Shown one piece after another: positions 1-14,048 of a DNA stretch of 64,000 nt; within the stretch, counting starts at the first letter, position 1; every line of letters starts with the position of its first letter. A program made the position numbers and the translations under genes. The DNA comes from Tubulanus polymorphus. Lineage: Eukaryota > Animalia > Nemertea. The notes beneath the pieces were generated by a model. It saw only the letters and a list, made by a program, of their open reading frames with translations, did not search any database and was not told where the DNA came from. The stretch is taken from assembly GCF_964204645.1 (NCBI RefSeq), contig NC_134027.1, positions 20,918,560-20,982,559 of the forward strand, in the 5' to 3' direction.

Positions 1-852
1 ACCTGTTTCCGATTGTCGTGCCGATAATCAATGGACAACTTAAAACACAAAAACATACATTGAAGCAACAAGCTACAACTCTAACCCTTGGTATTGTAAA
101 GTGAGTTCTAGCGAAGAATGGCCTAGCGATCGAAATACACCTTTCTAAAACTAGCAGTACGGTTATCCAGTTTCTTGTCACATGTGCTGAGTTTCTCGGT
201 AACCAAGCTACCAGATAGACCCATGGCCGAATACCCCAACTCATACTCGTAGGTACTGTGAACATGTGACTTCCCTGAGTCAAAGCGGAGACGATGAAAC
301 GAAAAGGCTCTTGAATTATGCGGAATACAAGAAAAAGTACATCTGCCACTGCCAGACATCGCAGAAGATAGAGCGAAATGTGGTTTGAAGTTTGGCGACG
401 TAAAATCACAATGCTGAAACAATTCAAAACTATTCCGACGATGCTGATAGGAAGACTTCCAGCTAGTTTTACGCTGATTGACAACACGTTTTGGAATTTG
501 TAAGGTGGGCAGGGATTTCTAGTAGTTGTGGAGAGTACTGAAGTCGTCTGCGAGCTGAAATTCATCTCGAGAGAGAAACCTGTAATAATCTTTACAGCTC
601 AGCGTTTGCATACGGTGATGAAAATATGATAGGACGCGATAAAAATATAATACGTAGCGCTGCATTCATACAGATATCATTCCGGGACGCGACCATCAAG
701 TTTAGGTCACTGTAAGAGACACCGGCTAACTGCCCCCACGAAGATCCTTAAGCCTTACGGAGACATTTTAACAGGGTCCTACCATCCGACTGTAGGTAGA
801 TCCATGTTTAAGGACGGTCAGAAACGTGTGGTCGAAATCGCATTAAAGACAT

Positions 853-1257
853 TTGGCAAGACATTTGACTCTTCCCTCGAATTACGGGCTACTGCTCATC
901 AGAGCTTACAATTCTGGGCAGCCAGAACACTGTGCCATTTGTGGGGGATTTGAACATACATGGGTCGAGTGCCTCATTGCATGTACACATCCAACGCACA
1001 CACCCGACAAATGCCGGCAAATTCATTACCGTGAAACCCTTGCTGCAACGGCCATGAAGAGGTCGAATCCAACGCCGTCAGAACAACAACAGCCAACAAA
1101 TGATCCGCCAGCTCCATCGACGCATTCTGACAAGCGACTCTTGAAAGAAACTGAAACGAAAAAAACCGATGATGCAGGCAAAAAGAGGCCGTCTTCGCCA
1201 GATTTACCAGAGTCGCCAGAGACCGAGATTCCTGGCACGCCGAAAAAGAAAATATAG
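853..1257 (+). pseudogene. L1/Tx1-clade LINE ORF1 remnant (gag-like zinc knuckles)
   Basis: YNSGQPEHCAICGGFEHTWVEC matches the Y-x-GQP-x2-CX2CX4HX4C pattern of Tx1 ORF1. A second degenerate knuckle follows. ORF2 3' remnants lie downstream. Confidence 0.6.
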
Positions 1258-1535
1258 AAAGCGGCGTCTCCTGTGCCTGATGAAGACGGTGACACGGAGA
1301 TTGGGGAAATGACATCTGAATCCCCACCATTGAAAAAACAACTCCAGCCACCAGCAGAAGAAGTGAAAACCAAGAAAAGCCCATAAGCAAGAACCTCGAC
1401 CACAAAAGCCAGAATCAAAAAATCGACTAAGGTGATGTATCATTTTATCTCTTAACAAGTATATCATTCAATATGTTTGAACGAACAATACTCAAAACAA
1501 TGGAAATAAGGCCTAGATATGGGAAACTGGTACGC

Positions 1536-2804
1536 GGTAATAATGCCAGAGGTAAAAATGCCATAGGAAATAATGCCAGAAGTAAAAATTCCAGAGGTAA
1601 AAATGCCAGGGGAGTAGAAATGCCAGAGGTAAAAATGCCAAAGGAAATAATGCCAGAGGGGTAAATTGGTGAATTACAGCAAACTTACTCGTCGAAAACT
1701 ACTCAAATTTGTGGGAAAAGTTCCTGCTAGACCTTTGATTCCATTAATTACAACAAAAACAATCGTGTCCGAAATTTAATTGGACATAATCATCCCTCCA
1801 TTTGGCGGGCTATCAGAGCTTTCCAAATTGAACAGAGCGTCGCGTCCGCAAATATTTTACAAAATCGAATTGGAAATAGACCAGAGCATCGCGTAAGAAA
1901 TGTCTACCGTCAACGGCAACAGAGTTTGAGAAATCTTTGTGCCAGAAGGAAACTTGCCTATGTCAGAATTTTTATACGGAATAGGGCATAACATCCACCA
2001 TAACTAACGGCTGAGTAAATAAAGGACTGTACATTCGCATCATTGATCTAGAAATATATCTTAACTGTGCATTCATTTGTTAATATTCATTTTAATGTGT
2101 AATTAGATATTATTATTATGTTCACTTTTTGATTTCAATTATAATGGAATCCATGCATTCATTTTTTCAATAATCTAGTAATGTATCTACTGTGCCCAAT
2201 GTTGATAAATTTCTTGGCTATGTCTGACTTTATTTTTATATATTTGTGATATTGATTTCAATTGTCATACCTATTATTATACCTAGAAATAAGCTTCAAC
2301 TGAACTGTGCATTCAATATGTGAACTCTGTGCATTCATTTGTTAATATTCATTAATTTAGAAATGTGTCATATCATATATATCATGACTATTCGCTTTGA
2401 TATCAATTATATAAGATTATATTATATTATGTTATATGTGCATTAAGTTTTTAATTTCCAATGATCTAAAAATATGTTGTATCAATTACTGAATAAGAAT
2501 CTTGTGCAAATAAGAAAATCAAATTTTTTTAAAGAATTTCATGCTTATGTCAGTCATTATTTTATAGATTTGTGATCCTCTTTATCTTATAAATTTGTCA
2601 TTCACTTTTTGATTTTTATAACCGTATTATGTATATCTAATCTGTGCATTCATTACGTAAAAGCTAATGTAAATAAGAATATCAGGTTCAATGTTGATAA
2701 ATTCTTTGCTTAGTTTTCCTTATATTTCCCTCTGGCATTTTTACCTCAGGAATTTTACTTCTGGCATTATTTCCTATGGCATTTTTACCTCTGGCATTAT
2801 TACC
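1536..2804. mobile_element. Non-autonomous Mutator(MULE)-like DNA transposon inserted in the L1/Tx1 remnant
   Basis: Long TIRs built of ~15-bp subrepeats (ggtaataatgccagaggtaaaaatgcc at 1536; reverse complement ending 2804). Internal + strand peptides HNHPSIWRAIRAFQIEQ and EFLYGIGHNI resemble MULE transposase C-termini. No TSD identified. Confidence 0.6.
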
Positions 2805-3532
2805 TGGATTCAGATTAAAACATACACGTTTACACAACGCGATACCGCAACATTGGAAGATAATTCTATCGGACCAAAATTTAGAACCTGGTGAACTACC
2901 CAAAATCTATGCCCAATTTGATAATATAGATTGTACTATAGGGAAAATTGCATCATCTCAAATATATAGAATTCTATTATTCAAAAATCTCCATCAAATC
3001 ATACGGATTGTGCAAAGAAAAATTACTGAAATGTTAAATATCGATCTGAATTGGCCAGAAATTTGGAATGAACCATATAATAAACATATTGATAGACGAA
3101 TCAGTGATATTCATTGGAAACTACTACATAATACTCTTGCGACAGATTTAAAATTAATACTTTGGAAAATAAAAAACTGATCCAAATTGTAAAATTTGCG
3201 GACGGGCGGCAACAAATGATCATGTGGTATATTCATGCACGGAAGCTCAACAATTATATTCACGTATACAACCAATCATTGAACGCATACTAAACGCACC
3301 TATAAATATCACTCAAGACATCGTCTACACGGGAATTACCAAAACAATAGAAAGAGACTTTTTCAAACGCACACTCACAAAATATCTTTTATTTCTCGCA
3401 CAATCCATTTTGTACAAAAATCATTACAATCTAGAACGAGGCTCTGGCCGCATCAACACTATGATTTATCTCAAAAACTCACTAATAGATCGCCTAAACC
3501 AAGAAATCATGCTTCAACAATACCTAAGATAG
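2805..3532 (+). pseudogene. L1/Tx1 ORF2 3' end (zf-RVT region), disrupted
   Basis: AIPQHWK...HWKLLHNTLAT...CKICGR..NDHVVYSC cysteine-rich C-terminus, broken near 3180. A second copy of this 3' end is at ~33505-33830. Confidence 0.65.
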
Positions 3533-3924
3533 TTAGATAATTGCTCTTAGATTGAACTAACCAATGGGCACTCCATTTCTCCATTTTTTCCATTTCCCTG
3601 CTTTTCGATGCATTTATAATTGAATGGAATAAATTACCATGTATTTTTCATATTGACGCATAGATTGTCTACCTTTTTCTCTTACATGTAGGCTACAAAG
3701 TATACATGCTGTATTTATTTCATTTTGTAATGATTCTGAATCATTTCGTGACAATGATGCGTTATACTTGAATGAAATTACTGTACGTTATACAGTGAAT
3801 GGTATCCAGTTACACGGATTCTAGAGATGAGCGTGACGTTCGATGTCGTGTAGGGGAGTTAAAATATGCGTAAAGCTAAAGCTTGGCTGTTTATCCGATG
3901 TCACAGTTTTCGTAGATAGTAAAG

Positions 3925-4929
3925 ATGAACATCACCATAACCAGAGACGACGTAGCTGTTGTGGCCAAGTCATATTTTGAACGCGTGATTGATTTTTATC
4001 GCGCTTGTATTTTTCCTATATTTATACTGATCGGTATTCTAGGCAACTGTTTTTCGTTGTACATATTTCCTAGGATGCGACGCCGCGACCAGTCTACCGC
4101 CACATATCTGTCCTGTTTAGCAGCCAGCGATTTACTAAATCTATTGTCGAACGGTTTGCCAGAAACTTGGATGTTTCAAGCGCTGAAAGATTTCAGCGAG
4201 ATGGAGGTTTATGTGAACATTCTCGGCAATGATGTAATAGTCTGCAAGGTTTTTCGTTATATTTGGTATACATCGACGTTTACGTCTTCGTGGATCCTTT
4301 TGCTATTCAACGTTGAGAAATGCATCGCCGTTCGTCTGCCGCTGAAACGCAGCCTGATTATTACGTCATCGCGTCGTAAAACTGCATTATTAATTGTTGT
4401 AGTCGTTGCCTTGGCAATTCGAGCATCATTTGTACCCGCCTATGAGCTCGAAAAACCCGATAACCCTGTACACCCATTGTATTGCTCGTTGGATTTTTCT
4501 TACTTTACGGCGCGAGTAACTGTAATTATGATACTATTGGAATGGCTGACGACCTTTTTGATACCTTGGTTCACTATTTGCGCGTGTTGTATCCTCATTA
4601 CTTGTTCAATTCTAGAATCGCGACGTTTAAAACTCAAAACAACCGATAAACCTCAAAACCTTCGTTTTATTTTGAATTTAACACTTGTATCTGGAGTGTT
4701 TCTGGTTTGCATAGCTCCCGGTATTGCTTTGTGGGGCATGTTTTGGATAACAAATTTTCTCAACTCTGGACTCGGCTATTCAATCGGGTTTGATTTCGAT
4801 GTCCTCAAAATTGCCCTGTACTGCACGAATCTACAAGACCTGAATTTCTGTTTGAATTTCATCATTTATGTTTTATTTCTCGATTATTACAGAGCAGAAT
4901 TGAAAAAGATTTTTCATTCAGCTTGCTAG
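3925..4929 (+). CDS. Intronless class A (rhodopsin-like) GPCR, peptide-receptor-like/orphan, copy A
   Basis: 334-aa ORF with seven hydrophobic segments: GILGN (TM1), YLSCLAASD (TM2), CK and VEKCIAVRLPL (DRY-equivalent), IPW (TM5), NFCLNFIIY (TM7). Confidence 0.9.
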   Translation: MNITITRDDVAVVAKSYFERVIDFYRACIFPIFILIGILGNCFSLYIFPRMRRRDQSTATYLSCLAASDLLNLLSNGLPETWMFQALKDFSEMEVYVNILGNDVIVCKVFRYIWYTSTFTSSWILLLFNVEKCIAVRLPLKRSLIITSSRRKTALLIVVVVALAIRASFVPAYELEKPDNPVHPLYCSLDFSYFTARVTVIMILLEWLTTFLIPWFTICACCILITCSILESRRLKLKTTDKPQNLRFILNLTLVSGVFLVCIAPGIALWGMFWITNFLNSGLGYSIGFDFDVLKIALYCTNLQDLNFCLNFIIYVLFLDYYRAELKKIFHSAC

Positions 4930-5489
4930 CCGTAAAGATAATTTTCTTTTTTGATATTCTATTGTCAGCCTTTTGCCTATCTTGATTAATCAATCGATAA
5001 TTACAGAGCTGAATTAAAAAAGATTTTACCTCTCACTTGCTGTCGTAAAAAGTAAGGTGTGTGAAATTCTATTGTCAGCCTTTCGCCTATCCCTTGATAG
5101 TAGGTAGAACAATTTCAAATTACCCTGGAATTTATATGCCAAGGTTACGAAAACTGAGATGGTCATCCCATGAAACTGGCTTTTCACTGGTAATGATATT
5201 TCACTTTAAACAACCATAACAGCGTAAACAAATCTCATTTTCAAATGAGTCAGCAAATTTATTCAATGCGAAAGTTTTCAGGAACATTTCCCCTCATCAC
5301 GCATACAATTTTGATTTATCTGCTAATACGTTGGCAAATTCAGCTTGTAGACGGCTAGGTTTTCTATTAATTCAACACTTCAATTCAAACGGTCTAACCT
5401 TTAAGTCATTTTACCAAGATTTACGATGCTACTAATGGACTATGAGGTGTAAGGAATTTTGAATCTTGTAATTAAGTCCAATTCAGAGC

Positions 5490-8400
5490 CGCTAATTTTC
5501 ATACTATCTGGAAATATACCATCCTGAAGGGATTTATTGCAGAGAATTGTCAGGGGGTCGATAATATTGGATACAATTAGTTTAAGCATTCTATTATTCA
5601 GTAAGTCATTACCACCAGTGGTCTTTTTGGGGCTAGGTTGTTGATAATCCTCAAGATTTCCTCCTTGTTGGTTGGATTTAAAAAGATTGAGTGGGCATTC
5701 CTTGCCCCATGTAAGTTGTAAAATTGTTTTTAGAACTTGGACATTTGTTTGCATAAGAGCTACAAATCGAAGAAAAGAAGTTACAAAATTGTTGGCTTAT
5801 TGATTTAGGTTCCTCAACAAGTTTATTATCGATGATGAATTTATTAGGGATCCCCGATTTGTCATTTAATTTACCTGTGGATTGCTTCAAAAATTGCCAT
5901 AATTTGCGACTATCATTGGAAAATAATACAATTTTGTTTGCATAGTACGATTTCTTTTGACGCCTTTTAATGTAATTTAAATTATTTCTGTAAAGAATAT
6001 AGTTTTTAAAACGTTGGTCATATTTGTCCAGATTCAATACTTTTTTATAAAGTTGATCGCATTTCTTAGAGCATTTTAAAATTGATTTAGACATCCATGG
6101 TTCGTAAATATGAACTTTCTTCTTAACTTCTATTAGTGGGGATACGTTATTTATGACTAAATTTATATGCGACATAATGAAATCGTAACAACCATTACAA
6201 TCGAGCAGGTTGACAGGAGTCCAGTCTAGTTGTGAAAGCATACGATTTATCCTATCGATATTCTGGGTATTAAAATTCCGAGTATAATGTTTACTGGTTG
6301 TTGAAGGTTTTCGTTTATAACACACGGTCACGAGGCATGGTAAATGATCAGACAGGTGTGAAATCAGGATAGCACTTTGATGATCAGAACTCAGCGCCGG
6401 AGAGAGATATATATTGTCAATTAACGTGGCTGTCGCGTGTGTTATTCTAGTTGGCCGTAAAATAGTTGGAAAAAGATTATTTGATAAATTGATATCCAAA
6501 AATTTGGAAGTGTTTTTATGATGATTAATGTTCATATAATCTAGATTTTGGTCCATTCATAATATCATTTTGCACTTTTCATTCTTAATTTTGCTTATTA
6601 AATTTTCGTATTCGGAAAGAAATTCAATTTCACTAGTTCCTGGGACCCGGTAGAGTTCGCCAATGATTGTCCTTTTACTAGATTGAAAAGCCATATCAAT
6701 TTCAATAAAACAAGATTCGAATTTACCTTCAATGAACACTTCTAGATCCGGTCTCTTATTATAGATTAAGTTATTACTTATATAAATTGCTACTCCTCCA
6801 CGCTGTTTCAAAACTCTGTGATTCTCTATTAATTGATAACCAGGAATTTTGCATAACATTGAATTGTAGTCAGTCAAAAAAGTTTCACATAGCATAATGA
6901 TGTCAATGGTAACATTTTGGGATTTAAGTTTTTCAATCAATATTTTGAGTTGGTCAAATTTGTTGTTAAGACTATGTATGTAAAGTTCAATTATATTAAG
7001 GTTATTCGTATTCATACTGAAATGTTTTTTTAACTCGTGCAATTCGAGGTACGGGCATTGATTACTGAACATTTCCAATTCACTATCATTATCTAATAAA
7101 TTGTTGAGATGAAAATTTTCATTTTCCTTTAATCTGTCTAAATACGTAAAAAAGTTTGTGTTACCGAGACACATGTTTAATTAATTTATACCACGGTCAA
7201 ATAAGGATTATGAATCAGGGAAAAGAATAAAAAATAATTATAAAATAAATAAATAGATATAAATATAAATACAATTCCAGAACTTGGATGTATGAGTATA
7301 GGTCAGAAATGCATGACTGCTTTATGGACATGGTTTACAAGGTACACAATATATTGATCTACGACTGAATGGCCTACTCAGTGGTTTATATAGATACACG
7401 CGTTTCGGAACAGTTCATCGTAAAGATCATAAAGACACTACAGTTTACTCGCTCGTTGATTGTATTGTTTTCTCGAAGTCAGCATAACCACATAAATGAA
7501 TTTTGATGTCATCGATGATGGCCCATACCTTCCCATCGAGTGACCACACTGCCGATACCTTTTCGTGTTTGTAGAGAAATTTAACAAAGAGAAATTTAAG
7601 TCAGCTCTCGGTTTGGTCAGGTCTTCGGATATCGAAATTTTCGTACTTTTTAGTTTGCGTCGATTTTTTAGAATGTTCACTTTATCTAAGTGTCGAACGA
7701 ATTTGACAATCATCGGTCTCGGCTTCCGGGGGTCTCTGGATTTTCTTCCGACGCGATGAATCCGATCTATTTGAAGAGGTTCGACTATTATATCTAGTTT
7801 TGTTTTGAATAGATTAATGCATTTCGATAGGCAATCCTCATTGTCTTCTTCTGTCAAATTGAAGATTCTTACCGAGTTGCGCCGAGTATACATCTCGAGT
7901 TCCTCTGTTGCTGAGTTTGATTCGAAGATGCAGTTATCGTATTCGGACACAGTTCTTTCAAGAGCTTTAAATTTGGTTTGGAGTATTTCAATCTCCGAAC
8001 TTAGTGACTGAATTTTATCGTTTATGGATGATTGAAGGATGTCGATTGATTTGCCCTGGTCGAAAAGCATGGAGTGTAGTTTGTCAAACTTGTCTTCGAT
8101 AATTTGTTGAATGTCGCTTTTAAATTGTACTAGAGTGGATTTTACTATCAACGTTATTAAGTTCTTGATGCTATCGGACGATAAGGCTTCCATTACATTT
8201 GCCTCAATTAATTCCTGAGCAAGAGATGGTTCAGTTGAACTCTTAGATGTTCTGTCAGTAAACACATCGTCATCTCCAGTTGAGTTGCGACTAGCTGTTT
8301 TCTGCTTCTTTTTATCGTCTGATGAGGAGGAGGTGGACTGCTCAGAGATCTCGGAAGAGTTGTTTTTTCTTCGTTTCCTACCCATTTTGCACGGCTGAAC

Positions 8401-8880
8401 TATTTACTAAGCGATCCTTTCACGATCAAACGAACATTTGACGAACAAATTGAAATGATCATACATACGATCATACATACGAGAATGACGACAGTGACTT
8501 AAATCCGTAAAGTGACGATGAAGATCACGATCATGAACAGTTGAGCTTTTCACAATAAACACATAAATCCAGACAGAATGATTAAATTACGATCGTTTAA
8601 CGATCAGACGTACAGATTGAATGAAACGATCGTACATACGAAACTGACGACAGTTACTGAAATCCATACAATGACGATCGCGATCATGAACGGCATTAAC
8701 TTTTCATAATATGCTCATAAATCCAGACAGTTAAGTTGCCCATATCCATGACGAATTTTGATGATAATACCTATCGAACTAGTTTAAACATACATCAACT
8801 TCGGAGGCTCATGTCATAAAATGAATGCACTTCTGACGACTTTTTTAACGGAGCGTCATGGGACTGGCTACCACATTGCC
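5490..8880 (-). mobile_element. CR1/L2-group LINE retaining 5' UTR, ORF1 and endonuclease but lacking most of RT
   Basis: ORF1 7438-8385 (LEMYTRRNSVRI, IDRIHRVG, PRPMIVKF, ISEDLT). ORF2 endonuclease 5678-7174 (LCETFL, GGVAIY, PTRIT, IDNI, SDHLP) is split by one TGA at 6557-6559. The element is absent from duplicate copy B. Confidence 0.85.
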
Positions 8881-8901
8881 GCCGTGTTGAATCGAATTCG
8901 A

Positions 8902-9213
8902 TTAAGTAACCCTAAGAAGCAATTTACGTCCCTTGAACATCTGTCGGAGAAATTTTCCAATACGCTTTAAGAGATTGTTGGATGTGTTCATCAAATCTTT
9001 AAATTTATAAATGCTCGGATTATTCCAATAGTATTGGGGAAGAAAATTGCTTCCTGGGGTTTTATAGTGGGTACGGCATAGTAATACGTGGTATTCGTCT
9101 TCGATTTGATTCGAGTTACAGCTACACAAACGGTTTTCGCGTGGGGTATATATATATAGGTAACTCTTATTGGTTAAGCTAATTTGGTGTAGTTTTGTGA
9201 AACATGTTCTCAC
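8902..9213 (-). pseudogene. Short 3' remnant of a LINE ORF2 (also at 17331-17640 and, more diverged, ~11830-12130)
   Basis: RENRLCSCNSNQIEDEYHVLLC zinc-knuckle C-terminus typical of non-LTR RT proteins. Confidence 0.7.
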
Positions 9214-9323
9214 CGAATGTCATATCAACTAATTTTATCATAATATTAACTCATGTAGCTTAACCCTGTATCAAGTAAAACCTGTTTGAAATGTTTCTAA
9301 GAAAACCATGAGTAGAAATCATA

Positions 9324-9893
9324 GCCGCGTTCACAATGACACTAGTTAGCCCAAATGGATCAGCACCCGGGGGGACGGGCCAAATTTGAGACGGACCAAA
9401 CGAGAGTGCGGCTACAGATAGTTATGACGCAAGATGTCATGCCATGAATTATTTCACGTGCAATTTATACCTAAATGATGTACTTCATTTGAAAAATTTT
9501 GATGATTGCAGTTTATCATTGGGATAATTATACCTGGACAAATCAATCTATGGTAAATTGTGGGACATTTCAAAACAATCAGAATGGCCATTCCTCGAGC
9601 AACGCACGGAATATACCGATTATAAGATAAATAGCCAACACTTTAAGGCAATATAGAAATTGTATAATATCTGAGAACTATATATAAATCAGCTTGATGA
9701 CAAATTGGTGACGCGTATATTACAATTAGATTCTTACCGCTGATTACGATTTAGACCGGACCTGGAACCAGGTTCTGTCCACACGCAGATTCAGTCAGTT
9801 TTTGGAACGAACCTGTTCGGTCTTTTAGGTCGTTTTAGGACGCTTGGTCCGTTCCAAATTGGAACGGTCTTAATAACGTAGTGTGAACGCGCC
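9324..9893. mobile_element. MITE-like element with GCGTTCACA termini (duplicate at ~17751-18322)
   Basis: gccgcgttcaca ... tgtgaacgcgcc imperfect inverted ends. Confidence 0.45.
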
Positions 9894-9958
9894 TTTATGC
9901 GTGCACCTTATGACTGACTGAATACACATGAAATGATACGTTAACGCTCGTTGCAATA

Positions 9959-10151
9959 GCTGCGTTCACACTAGGATTTCAGTACGGTACTAAGCGTTCA
10001 CACTAGGAAACTATTCGAGGCCTATTCCCGGCATATTCCGTTCCGTACTGGAATACACGGCTTATTAAGCGCGGAATACGATTCCGCACCGAAAAACCGA
10101 TCTCAGTACGGAACTGAGCTGACTGTGTATTTTCTGTAGTGTGAACGCAGA
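9959..10151. mobile_element. Small MITE (duplicate at ~18382-18573)
   Basis: ctgcgttcacacta ... tagtgtgaacgcag inverted termini, with internal tcagtacgg repeats. Confidence 0.6.
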
Positions 10152-13106
10152 TTCAGCACTTAGCTAGCCGCGTATTTACACCCGCATAGTATTTACACCC
10201 GCATAGTACAAAACACTAAACACTAATTACACTTCCCTCTATTGGCACACTGGGTGACTACTATACTGGGCTTACTAAGTGCCGAATTGCCGTATTTTCG
10301 TGAATTCGGCACCAGTGAAGTACGGGAAGTGCCGAATCTAGTGTTAACGCGGCTAATGTTGCGTGTTTTGGTCACCTTAACGTGTTGAGGTGGTAATAAT
10401 CGTATTATAAGTCGCATTGACATACTCTAGGTTTTAAAGCTCCTGCTAAATAGCCATTTAAAATCTGGTTCTATATAATATAATTTGGGAGAGATATTTG
10501 GGATCTACGTTCAGAATTGTGCGAGAGACGCAAAACAGAGGTAATAAACGTTTGAATGAAATTGTTGGCATTGCTGAGGGGTTTCAATCCTTTGCCCGCT
10601 TGAGGTGGGGCTTCATAATGAAATACCGGTAGGTATTGCGGTTAAGTCAATTGCTTTCATATCGATGCCAGAAGTTGCAGCCCTGAGTCCATAGTTGTGA
10701 GATAGAGTTAACTGTAAGTTGAAATCAGTTCATTATCAATGGGTCAACTCTGAGCGAAGTCTTAGCTCATATATAAAACTGTAAAACTGGATCCTGGGCC
10801 CCATTCCACCGATACAATTATCTGATCTATGCATTCATGGGTACACAAAAACAGAAGTGTGTAGACATTTGACCCGTAAAAATGATTTACTAAATGGAAA
10901 CTTACCTTAATTTCAGAAACCGAAAATTCAATCTCCGCCATCTTGAAGTTTTTTTTTAGGAAATACCGGTAATTTACGTCATCCATCGGTATCTCAACAA
11001 GTTAACGTCGTCCTTTTAACGACAATTGTCATTTTCTGACGATTTTAAACAGATGACGATGAATATGACGTTCCGGGACGCGTATTAGACGATTTAAGTC
11101 GGAGCGAATACGGGAAATATCGCCGTCCGATGAAACGAACCGGAGTCAATATTTCAACAGCGTTATCCGACGTCAAAAGGACGTTTAAAGTAGGATAACA
11201 ATTCGGCAAATCACGTGAAACAACTCTTTTACAACTCATCCGACGAGGAACATCGGAAAAAATACAGGGAAGCGCAGTTATGATGTATTTGTGCGGAAAA
11301 CTAACGCAAAATGACGGAATTTCAATAAAATTCGTTTATTTTTCGACTTTTTGACGATCAAAATCGTGAAAGGATAAAAAACCGACGACTCTGGTGCTTC
11401 TTAGTAAAATCAGGGGGATTAACCCCCTTTACCTCTTTCCTATATGAAAGCTCATAACTGATTGAAAAAATAACCAATCTAGGAAGACAAATTCCACTTT
11501 CTATTTCAGTTATTCTGCCCCAATTTTGTATTCAGCGGATGCCCGTTGGCTACGGACGAGATAATGTTTTCATGATTTCGACATAGGCGACTTCGTCGAA
11601 ATTCGAACAAATATGACGAATTTTGACTTATCATGTGGACATCCGACTAATCTTATCATGTCGAATTTCCATTTTATTTTGTCGAATTCTGATTTAATTA
11701 TGTAGAAATTCGAGGTTCTTTTTTAAATTAACGAAACCTGGGATGATTATACCTATTTCACATTAAAGCGGCCATCTTTGGATTAGATACCGGATTGGGC
11801 GTGCATGCAAGACATATCGTTTGCAAGCAACCCCAAGAAGCAATATCCGTCTCCTCAACATCTGTTGAAGGAATTTCCCAATGCGCTTGAAGAGATCGTT
11901 GAATGTTTTAGTCATCAACTAATAAATCTATAAATGCTCGGAATTGGATCATATTACATTATGGGATACAATTGCTTCTTGGGATGTAATCGGAAGAGCA
12001 AAACATGGTATTCGTCTTCATTTTGGTTCCAATTATATCTTCAAACGGTTTTGCGTGAGATCTGTGGCCTACGTAGTTCATCTGCAATTGAGTATGGTTA
12101 ATGCCTAGTACCAATCTTGAACCATATGATATTCATCTCCCCGTTGTGAACATATATCGAAACCAATGAACTTGAAACACATCATTATCATAAGAAAAAA
12201 CCATGAACAACAATTTTTCAATTGAATAAGGTGACAAAAATACATGCGTAGGAACAATATAATGGGGTACCCGCAAAAACAGCTATCCAGCCAGATGGCG
12301 TGACGAGCAGTGGTCGTCCGTTGTCAAATAGTTATTTTTCAATGCATTTTAAACTGGATTTTTAGACTCCCCAATCCACATATTATCACATCACCCACCA
12401 AATATACAATACTTTCATTCTTCTACTCACTATATCGGTATAGTTTTGTTTAAGAGAAAAGTTCATTTAGATTTAATTGAAATGTAGTAGAAATCGATCG
12501 CGGACGACCAACTACTAGCAAACCTGGCGGATCCTCGCCTGCCATACGTAGTCCTCGATTGCCACAGTACCGCCTGCGGGTACCCTTTTGAAAATACCCC
12601 AGTTTCCCTCAGAAGTCTTGGAAAAGTATCCTTTTGCAAATATTTTTGTTATATCCAATAGAACCTCTTTTTCGGGTTTCTCTGCCACTAACCCCCTCCA
12701 AATAAGTTAAAATGCTAGGTAAGGCCCTGTATGAAAATTAACAATGACCTTGAAACCTACAACAATCATAGATGATGATGTGAGCTACAAATTTGGAATT
12801 TATTGTGGGTAGAGAGCATAGGTAACGGGAAAATTTCATATAAATGAATATCGAACTCCACCTGGGAGGGGGGAAGAACAAAAACTGGGTAACCTCAATT
12901 CCAAGTAATGTCTCATGACGATGATTATCAACTATCAAAACCAGAAGTTAAAACCTGCTAAATTATCCTTAAAAAGAAACCCTTTTTTCACATCTATCCA
13001 CGAGGACTGATTAGAGTAAGATGGCCGCCAATTATAGCCAAATGCATGAAAATGACAGATCGAAAAACCGTCTGACATGTTAAAGATCCCCAGAGTATTA
13101 CCACCC

Positions 13107-13260
13107 AGGGACCGTATTCACGAAGCTCCCGTAAGTTACGTGTCACGTAAGATTTACGGGTGAACTAACGGGTAGGTGAGTCTGCCCGTAAATTCTCGCT
13201 AGATTTACGGGCAGACTTACGTGACACGTAGGCTTACGGGTGCTTCGTGAATACGGCCCC
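13107..13260. mobile_element. Palindromic MITE (PIF/Harbinger-like termini)
   Basis: gggaccgtattcacgaagctcccgtaag ... cttacgggtgcttcgtgaatacggcccc inverted repeats. Confidence 0.65.
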
Positions 13261-14048
13261 AGGCACGTGCGGAGCTTTCTTTGCGCTGCGAAGCATTTTC
13301 GGGGTCCTGGTCCCTGAAATATGAACAATATACTCTCACAACTTACACTGCTATTTCCAGTGCTTTCCTCAGAAATGTTTTTTCTTAATTCAAGTATACC
13401 CTGATGATCTGATGGCATTTTTCGGGTTTCTCTACCGCCCAAAATTCAAATGCTAAGTTATCATCGGAACACTTTGAAATGAACATTTTCAATCCCCATT
13501 CTGGGATTATTTGAAGTGAGTCACTCCGATATCCAGAATCATTGTCTTGACATCAAACGAAAAAAATAAACTAAATTTTTTGTTAGAAAGTGTATCTAGC
13601 AAAAAAATGACACTTTTCCAAAGGGCCCAAACGGGCACCCCTGGGTCAGGAATCCCACTTAGGAGCCATGTCTATATCATATCGGGTATATCAAGCAATC
13701 TTATAAGGGCGCCTGTAGAAAAAGGGCACCCAGGTCAGATATTTCCAGTATCCAGAGCAGAATTCTGCTAGGCCAGCATCTTAGCTACGCTTTGAATGGT
13801 TTTCGCCGCACATACCCAACCAAACGTTTGAAATAATCAAGTCTTTGGTTAAACTTTGGTTAAACTGGTTGAAGCAATCAAACGGTATCCCAGTACAGTG
13901 GTACGTAAGTGGCCTATGGCGTGTGATCACCCGTGCCCGTAGAGACCATCATGGGATCCCTTCAGTCAATCACTGAAAATGTCTCATTCCGATGGAGGCC
14001 CAAGGTGACAGAACTATTATAGCTAACAAAAATGTTATAATTACTGGT

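Larger units (their letters stand above)
3550..10390 (+). repeat. Segmental duplication, copy A (homologous to ~15114-23215; more diverged similarity continues to ~11810 vs ~24530)
   Basis: Near-identical blocks: 3550-5490 = 15114-17064; 8902-10200 = 17331-18606; 10230-10330 = 22345-22490; 10345-10388 = 23165-23215. Confidence 0.9.
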
